DNA of 4,018 nucleotides from a virus (Duplodnaviria; Heunggongvirae; Uroviricota; Caudoviricetes): IMG/VR virus record IMGVR_UViG_3300021279_000050; one strand, 5' to 3'. Shown piece by piece: positions 1 to 4,018 of this stretch (position 1 is its first letter; each line of letters starts with the position of its first letter). The notes under the pieces were generated by a model. It saw only the letters and a program-made list of their open reading frames with translations, ran no database searches and was not told where the DNA came from. The position numbers and the translations under genes were made by a program.

Positions 1-67
1 AGTTCGACACATGTGAAAACATCACCGTTGATATGGTTATTAGCGCACGGAATTGTTGCAGGAAGAC

Positions 68-2113
68 ATGGCAACATTCGACGGACATATCGTTGAAGCG
101 TTGATGAAAATGCCAGAAGTTAACGCCATGTATCCGGAGCTTAAGCTGCATGCCATCGGGTGGGTTAAGCATAAATGTAAGCCTGGTGCCAAATGGCCCG
201 AAATTCAGGCAGAGATGCGCATCTGGAAAAAACGTCGCGAAGGTGAACGCAAGGAAACCGGAAAATACACGTCTGTTGTTGATCTCGCCCGCGCCAGAAC
301 CAATCAACAGCACAGTGAAAATTCAACAGGAAAAATCAGCCCGGTCATTGCTGCCATTCATCGCGAATACAAGCAGACATGGAAAACACTGGATGACGAA
401 CTGGCCTACGCTCTCTGGCCTGGTGATGTGGATGCCGGAAACATTGACGGCAGCATCCATCGCTGGGCAAAAAATGAAGTTATCGACAACGACCGCGAAG
501 ACTGGAAGCGTATCTCGGCATCAATGCGCAAACAGCCTGATGCCCTTCGCTACGACCGCCAGACTATTTTTGGCCTTGTCCGTGAACGTCCGATCGACAT
601 TCACAAAGACCCTGTGGCACTGAACAAATACATTACTGAATACCTGACTACAAAGGGCGTGTTTGAAGATGAAGGAAGAAATCAGAGCGCAACTGATACT
701 CTCTCGTCGCCAGTACCAGAAACTGATGCAGTGGAAACGGCAATTCCGGACAACGAAAAAACCGAATGCAAAGTGGAAGTCGAACCATCTGTAGAGCGTG
801 AGGGGCCGTTCTACTTCCTCTTCACCGACAAGGATGGCGAAAAATACGGTCGCGCAAACAAACTTTCTGGTCTGGAAAAAGCACTAGCCTTGGGAGCTAC
901 GGAAATCACAAAAGAGGAATACTTCGCACGTAAAAACGGCACGTACTCAGGTTCACAACAAAATACTGGTGCATCTGACACGACCGCACAACCAGAGCCG
1001 GTAAAAGTTACCGCTGACGAAGTAAACAAAATTATGCAGGCAGCCAATATCAGCCAGCCTGACGCCGATAAGTTGCTTGCTGCCTCTCGCGGAGAATTTG
1101 TTGCAGGGATTAGCGACCCGAATGATCCGAAATGGGTAAAGGGGATTGAAACCCGCGATTCTGTAAACCAGAACCAGCAAGAATCGGAACAGAACGACCA
1201 GAAAGCGGAACAAAACAGCCCAAATACGCAACAAAACGAGCCAGAAACGAAACAACCTGAGCCAGTAGCGCAACAGGAACCGGAAAAAGTCTGCACCGCC
1301 TGCGGTCAAAGCGGTGGCGGCAACTGCCCTGATTGTGGCGCGGTGATGGGTGACGCAACATACCTGGAAACATTCAATGAAGAGAATCAGGTTGAAGTTC
1401 AGGAAAATGATCCGGAGGAAATGGAAGGTGTTGAATATCCGCACAAAGAGAACGCTGGCGGTAATCAGCATCACACCAGCGATAATGAAGCTGGCGGGAC
1501 GGCAAATCCCTTAATTACCATGAACGGTCATCATAAAATCACATCCACCAGCAGAATGTGGCACCACATGATGATCGACCTTGAAACCATGGGAAAAAAT
1601 CCCGATGCCCCGCTTATCTCAATAGGTGCAATATTTTTCGATCCGCAAACCGGAGATATGGGGCCGGAATTTAGTAAGACCATCGATATGGATACTGCTG
1701 GCGGAGTCATTGATCGTGGCACCATTAAATGGTGGCTTAAGCAATCACGGGAGGCGCAATCTGCCATTCTGACCGATGAAATCCCGTTAGATGATGCACT
1801 GCTGCAATTGCGGGAATTTATCGACGAAAACTCCGGCGAATTTTTTGTTCAGGTCTGGGGAAATGGAGCCAACTTCGACAACACGATTTTGCGCCGTTCA
1901 TACGAACGGCAGGGGATCCCCTGCCCGTGGCGTTACTACAACGATCGCGATGTACGCACAATCGTTGAGCTGGGAAAAGCCATGGACTTCGATGCCAGGG
2001 CGGCTATTCCATTCGAAGGTGAGCGCCACAATGCGCTGGATGATGCCCGTTACCAGGCAAAATACGTTTCAACTATCTGGCAAAAACTGATCCCGAATCA
2101 GGCTGATTTTTAA
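68..2113 (+). CDS. Prophage accessory multidomain protein: N-terminal domain of unknown function, acidic low-complexity linker, C4 zinc ribbon, C-terminal DEDDh (DnaQ/RNase T-like) 3'-5' exonuclease domain
   Basis: Single uninterrupted ORF; the frame opens after TAG at 41-43. The ORF track starts at TTG 53, but ATG 68 preceded by AGGAAG (60-65) is the more plausible start. The C-terminal ~185 aa carry the three DEDDh motifs: Exo I MMIDLETMG (D509/E511, ORF-track numbering), Exo II GNGANFDNTIL (D609), Exo III ERHNALDDARYQAKY (H659/D664). CxxC-x7-CxxC lies at nt 1292-1336. The N-terminal ~330 aa have no motif I can assign. Confidence 0.8.
   Translation: MATFDGHIVEALMKMPEVNAMYPELKLHAIGWVKHKCKPGAKWPEIQAEMRIWKKRREGERKETGKYTSVVDLARARTNQQHSENSTGKISPVIAAIHREYKQTWKTLDDELAYALWPGDVDAGNIDGSIHRWAKNEVIDNDREDWKRISASMRKQPDALRYDRQTIFGLVRERPIDIHKDPVALNKYITEYLTTKGVFEDEGRNQSATDTLSSPVPETDAVETAIPDNEKTECKVEVEPSVEREGPFYFLFTDKDGEKYGRANKLSGLEKALALGATEITKEEYFARKNGTYSGSQQNTGASDTTAQPEPVKVTADEVNKIMQAANISQPDADKLLAASRGEFVAGISDPNDPKWVKGIETRDSVNQNQQESEQNDQKAEQNSPNTQQNEPETKQPEPVAQQEPEKVCTACGQSGGGNCPDCGAVMGDATYLETFNEENQVEVQENDPEEMEGVEYPHKENAGGNQHHTSDNEAGGTANPLITMNGHHKITSTSRMWHHMMIDLETMGKNPDAPLISIGAIFFDPQTGDMGPEFSKTIDMDTAGGVIDRGTIKWWLKQSREAQSAILTDEIPLDDALLQLREFIDENSGEFFVQVWGNGANFDNTILRRSYERQGIPCPWRYYNDRDVRTIVELGKAMDFDARAAIPFEGERHNALDDARYQAKYVSTIWQKLIPNQADF
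1556..2110 (+). other. DEDDh-family 3'-5' exonuclease domain (domain within the large CDS)
   Basis: Motif order and spacing D-x-E ... N-x-x-F-D ... H-x-x-x-x-D match the DnaQ epsilon / RNase T / oligoribonuclease architecture. All five catalytic positions are present, so the domain is predicted to be active. Confidence 0.75.
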
Positions 2114-2177
2114 TGTTCAACCCCGGTCGTTGCCCACCAGCTATAGTGGCGGCGACCATGATTAGCGAACGACGCTC

Positions 2178-2426
2178 ATGGCAAGACTTATTCTGCTCAC
2201 TGAGTGGGCAAAAGAGGAATTCAGTGAACCGGTCCCTACTCCGAGTACGTTAAGTAAATACGCTAAAGCCGGAATGATATTTCCTCTCCCCAAAAAAGTT
2301 GGAAGACGCTGGCGAGTGGATCCGCAAGCTCGCTTTGTCGGAATGGTAAACAAGCCGGAGGTGATCGCCACAGATCACCCTGCTTTGAAGAGGATACTGG
2401 AAGATGGCGCGCCCGCGAAAATATAA
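2178..2426 (+). CDS. xis: Phage excisionase (lambda Xis-like, winged-helix)
   Basis: 82-aa ORF immediately upstream of int, overlapping it by 23 nt as xis and int overlap in lambda. N-terminus MARLILLTEWAKEEF and central MIFPLPKKVGRRW resemble lambda Xis MYLTLQEWNAR and RIFPPPVKDGREY as recalled from memory. No strong Shine-Dalgarno is visible upstream. Confidence 0.75.
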   Translation: MARLILLTEWAKEEFSEPVPTPSTLSKYAKAGMIFPLPKKVGRRWRVDPQARFVGMVNKPEVIATDHPALKRILEDGAPAKI

Positions 2427-3534
2427 AACCGATGTTCCGGGATTATCTCCGTATTTTGACAAAAGAAATAACAAAGTTTACTGGCGTTACAGGCATCCCA
2501 TAACAGGCAAAAATCACGGTCTCGGCAGTATTGACCAGAAACTGGCAGAAACTATTGCAGCAGAAGCGAACAGCCGTCTTGCCCGGCAGCAAATGGAACA
2601 AATGCTCAGTCTGCAGGAGAAAATTATTAGTGATACCGGCGGTTCATCAACCGTTACCATTTTTCTGAATAATTACAGAAAAATTCAACAGGAAAGATAT
2701 GAAAACGGCGAGATCAAACTCAACACGCTGAAACAGAAAGCGGCCCCTCTCAGGGTATTTGATGAACGTTTTGGCACCAGACCGTTAGATGCCATAACCG
2801 TAAAAGATGTGGTATCAGTACTGGAAGAGTACAAGGCCAGAGGACATAACAGAATGGGACAAATTTTCAGGAAAGTACTGATCGATGTTTTCCGGGAAGC
2901 TCAGCAAACGGGCGATGTCCCGCCAGGCTTTAACCCTGCAGAATCGGCAAAAAAACCGCAGGTGCGGATATCAAGACAGCGACTGACTTTTGATGAGTGG
3001 ATGATGATTTATAACGCAGCGGAAAAGGATGGTTACTTTTTACAGCGCGGTATGCTGCTGGCACTGATGACAGGCCAGCGCCTTTCAGATATTTGCAAAA
3101 TGCAATTTTCGGATATCCGGGATGGTTATCTTCATGTCGAACAGCAAAAAACAGGAACCCGGATTGCCATCCCTCTGGCTCTGCGTTGCGATAAATTAAA
3201 TCTCACCCTGGATGATGTAGTGTCATCCTGCCGCGATTGCGTTCTTAGTCCGTGGCTATTGCACCACCATCACGCGAAAGGGACAGCTAAGCGCGGCGGG
3301 ATGGTTAAGCCAGCAACATTAACCGTTGCATTTAAAAAAGCCCGGGATTCTGTGGATTACAACTGGCGTGCTAATGGCACCCCACCCTCTTTCCATGAGC
3401 AGAGATCTTTATCAGAGCGATTGTTCAGAGAGCAGGGGGTTGATACCAAAATTTTGCTAGGCCATTCGAATCAAAAAATGACCGATATTTACAACGACGC
3501 ACGCGGTAAGGAATGGAAAAAACTGGTCATTTGA
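2404..3534 (+). CDS. int: Lambda-family tyrosine recombinase (phage integrase) with N-terminal arm-type DNA-binding domain
   Basis: 376 aa. N-terminus MARPRKYKTDVPGLSPYFDKRNNKVYWRYRHPITGKNHGLG parallels the lambda Int arm-binding N-terminus (MGRRRSHERRDLPPNLYIRNNGYYCYRDPRTGKEFGLG, from memory). Catalytic signature is present: R in LMTGQRLSDI, H-x-x-R in HEQRSLSERL, H in LLGHSN, and the tyrosine nucleophile in MTDIYNDARG. AGAGGA lies 9 nt upstream of the ATG. Confidence 0.92.
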   Translation: MARPRKYKTDVPGLSPYFDKRNNKVYWRYRHPITGKNHGLGSIDQKLAETIAAEANSRLARQQMEQMLSLQEKIISDTGGSSTVTIFLNNYRKIQQERYENGEIKLNTLKQKAAPLRVFDERFGTRPLDAITVKDVVSVLEEYKARGHNRMGQIFRKVLIDVFREAQQTGDVPPGFNPAESAKKPQVRISRQRLTFDEWMMIYNAAEKDGYFLQRGMLLALMTGQRLSDICKMQFSDIRDGYLHVEQQKTGTRIAIPLALRCDKLNLTLDDVVSSCRDCVLSPWLLHHHHAKGTAKRGGMVKPATLTVAFKKARDSVDYNWRANGTPPSFHEQRSLSERLFREQGVDTKILLGHSNQKMTDIYNDARGKEWKKLVI

Positions 3535-3545
3535 TGACCAGTTTT
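3519..3545. terminator. Perfect 12-bp inverted repeat with 3-nt loop spanning the int stop codon; candidate bidirectional intrinsic terminator for the convergent int and ompW transcripts
   Basis: AAAACTGGTCAT (3519-3530), TTG loop, ATGACCAGTTTT (3534-3545). On both strands the stem is flanked by A-run and T-run, so either transcript would end in a U-tract. Stem GC content is only moderate. Confidence 0.4.
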
Positions 3546-3577
3546 GCAGAGGGGTTTTGCAGAGGTTTTGCAGAGAA
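3541..3577 (+). repeat. Three tandem direct repeats of TTTTGCAGAG (candidate arm-type integrase binding sites, P' arm of attL)
   Basis: Copies at 3542-3551, 3555-3564 and 3566-3575, with the first two in the longer form GTTTTGCAGAGG. They sit in the 45-bp gap between the int stop (3534) and the ompW stop (3580-3582), analogous to the three P' arm sites next to int in lambda. Confidence 0.5.
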
Positions 3578-3579
3578 AA

Positions 3580-3978
3580 TTAAAAACGATATCCTGCGGA
3601 GAACATAAACACCCACGGATCCAGTCGTACCGAGTCTTTTACGGTAGTAACACCAGATTTGTACTTAGCCGTGGTATCGATATCCATGTACCACACTGAC
3701 ATGTTCACCAACCAGTCACGGTTAATCAGATAATCAACCCCCACCTGCCCGGCAGCTCCCCAGGAATCTTTCAGACTGAGATCGGATAGCCCCGCTTCTT
3801 TGCCATGATCGTTAAATCCATTATCAAAGAATGTGGTGTAGTTGATACCTGCACCAACGTAAGGACGGAATTTGCTGCTGGCATCGCCAAAATACCACTG
3901 CGCCATCAGTGTTGGCGGCAGATGATGAACGGTTGCAATATCACCGGTCGCCCGGGTACCGATTTTATGGCGGAACGG
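3580..3978 (-). CDS. ompW: Outer membrane protein W, 3' portion only (about residues 81-212); the 5' part is missing or disrupted by the terminal inverted duplication
   Basis: Minus-strand translation gives PFRHKIGTRATGDIATVHHLPPTLMAQWYFGDASSKFRPYVGAGINYTTFFDNGFNDHGKEAGLSDLSLKDSWGAAGQVGVDYLINRDWLVNMSVWYMDIDTTAKYKSGVTTVKDSVRLDPWVFMFSAGYRF*, which matches E. coli OmpW as I recall it. It ends in the aromatic C-terminal beta-signal typical of outer-membrane proteins. The Met the ORF track uses as a start (3904-3906) is an internal Met of OmpW. Homology stops at nt 3978-3980. Confidence 0.85.
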   Translation of the reverse strand, partial: PFRHKIGTRATGDIATVHHLPPTLMAQWYFGDASSKFRPYVGAGINYTTFFDNGFNDHGKEAGLSDLSLKDSWGAAGQVGVDYLINRDWLVNMSVWYMDIDTTAKYKSGVTTVKDSVRLDPWVFMFSAGYRF

Positions 3979-4018
3979 CGATATTGCAACCGTTCATCAT
4001 CTGCCGCCAACACTGATG
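3904..4018. repeat. Perfect 39-bp inverted repeat (3904-3942 vs 3980-4018) separated by 37 bp, truncated by the window end
   Basis: Reverse complement of 3980-4018 is identical to 3904-3942. The left copy is genuine ompW coding sequence (DIATVHHLPPTLM). The right copy replaces the expected upstream ompW sequence and introduces an in-frame stop at 3994-3996 on the minus strand. Confidence 0.9.

Larger units (their letters stand above)
1..3579. mobile_element. Integrase-proximal end of a lambdoid prophage (accessory gene, xis, int, P' arm of attL); exact phage/host junction not resolved, probably just inside the ompW 3' end
   Basis: Gene order accessory-xis-int-att mirrors the lambda left arm. 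int is convergent with and 45 bp from the stop of a chromosomal housekeeping-type gene (ompW). Tandem repeats lie between int and ompW. Confidence 0.6.

Noticed and set aside
1-52. Promoter for the large ORF in the first 52 nt (TTGATA at 28-33)
   Set aside because: No acceptable -10 hexamer at appropriate spacing. An upstream gene may instead terminate within 1-104, and the accessory gene is probably transcribed as part of a longer leftward early operon.
53-67. TTG at 53 as the start codon of the large ORF (as given in the ORF track)
   Set aside because: No usable ribosome-binding site precedes it. ATG at 68 is preceded by AGGAAG and is the more plausible start, though the spacer is short, so the call is not certain.
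150-2090. Alternative-frame and opposite-strand ORFs inside the large CDS (150-623 +, 811-1296 -, 953-1474 -, 1110-1373 -, 1531-1767 -, 1791-2090 +)
   Set aside because: All lie entirely within a well-supported 686-aa CDS that has clear catalytic motifs. The minus-strand ones are generated by the stop-poor, purine-rich repetitive DNA encoding the Q/N/E-rich linker. Their translations are low-complexity, Cys/Phe/Leu-rich and have no motifs.
68-2113. Calling the large ORF a lambda Exo/RecE-type recombination exonuclease because of its position upstream of xis-int
   Set aside because: The visible motifs are DEDDh (DnaQ-like: D-x-E, N-x-x-F-D, H-x4-D), not the PD-(D/E)xK signature of lambda Exo or RecE. 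No Bet/RecT-like partner is in the window.
2125-2157. Imperfect GC-rich inverted repeat (GGTCGTTGC … GCGGCGACC) between the large ORF and xis, considered as an intrinsic terminator
   Set aside because: The stem needs two G-U pairs and a 15-nt loop, and no U-tract follows it. It may be a regulatory or structural element, but the evidence is too weak to call.
2162-2474. Minus-strand ORFs 2162-2371 and 2250-2474 overlapping xis and the int start
   Set aside because: They are antisense to the xis-int overlap region, whose + strand products have recognisable Xis and Int N-terminal signatures. There is no independent support for them.
3541-3577. Tandem repeats as a CRISPR array or CRISPR remnant
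   Set aside because: The units are only 10-12 bp, directly abutting with no spacers, and there are just three copies in a 45-bp intergenic gap next to an integrase. This fits arm-type recombinase sites, not CRISPR.
3535-3620. tRNA or tmRNA gene as the integration target next to int
   Set aside because: No cloverleaf-compatible sequence or conserved tRNA T-loop motif is present. The flanking host sequence is clearly the protein-coding 3' end of ompW.

Overview
This window reads as the integrase-proximal end of a lambdoid prophage inserted at the 3' end of the outer-membrane protein gene ompW, in an E. coli-like (Enterobacteriaceae) chromosome. On the + strand it carries one large accessory ORF, then a lambda-type excisionase whose 3' end overlaps a lambda-type tyrosine integrase by 23 nt. 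The large ORF (about 680 aa) has an N-terminal region with no motif I recognise, an acidic Q/N/E/P-rich linker with a CxxC-x7-CxxC zinc ribbon, and a C-terminal DEDDh (DnaQ-like) 3'-5' exonuclease domain with all three Exo motifs intact. It is the best candidate for an uncharacterised phage cargo function, but its biological role is inference only. The 45-bp spacer between int and ompW holds a 12-bp perfect inverted repeat (hairpin) and three tandem TTTTGCAGAG repeats, which I interpret as candidate arm-type Int sites of attL. The 3' part of ompW lies convergent on the - strand. The last 39 nt of the window are a perfect inverted copy of an internal ompW segment and break the ompW frame, which suggests a contig-end foldback artifact or a real rearrangement. 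No tRNA, rRNA, CRISPR array or IS element was seen. All calls rest on reading motifs by eye; no database search was run.
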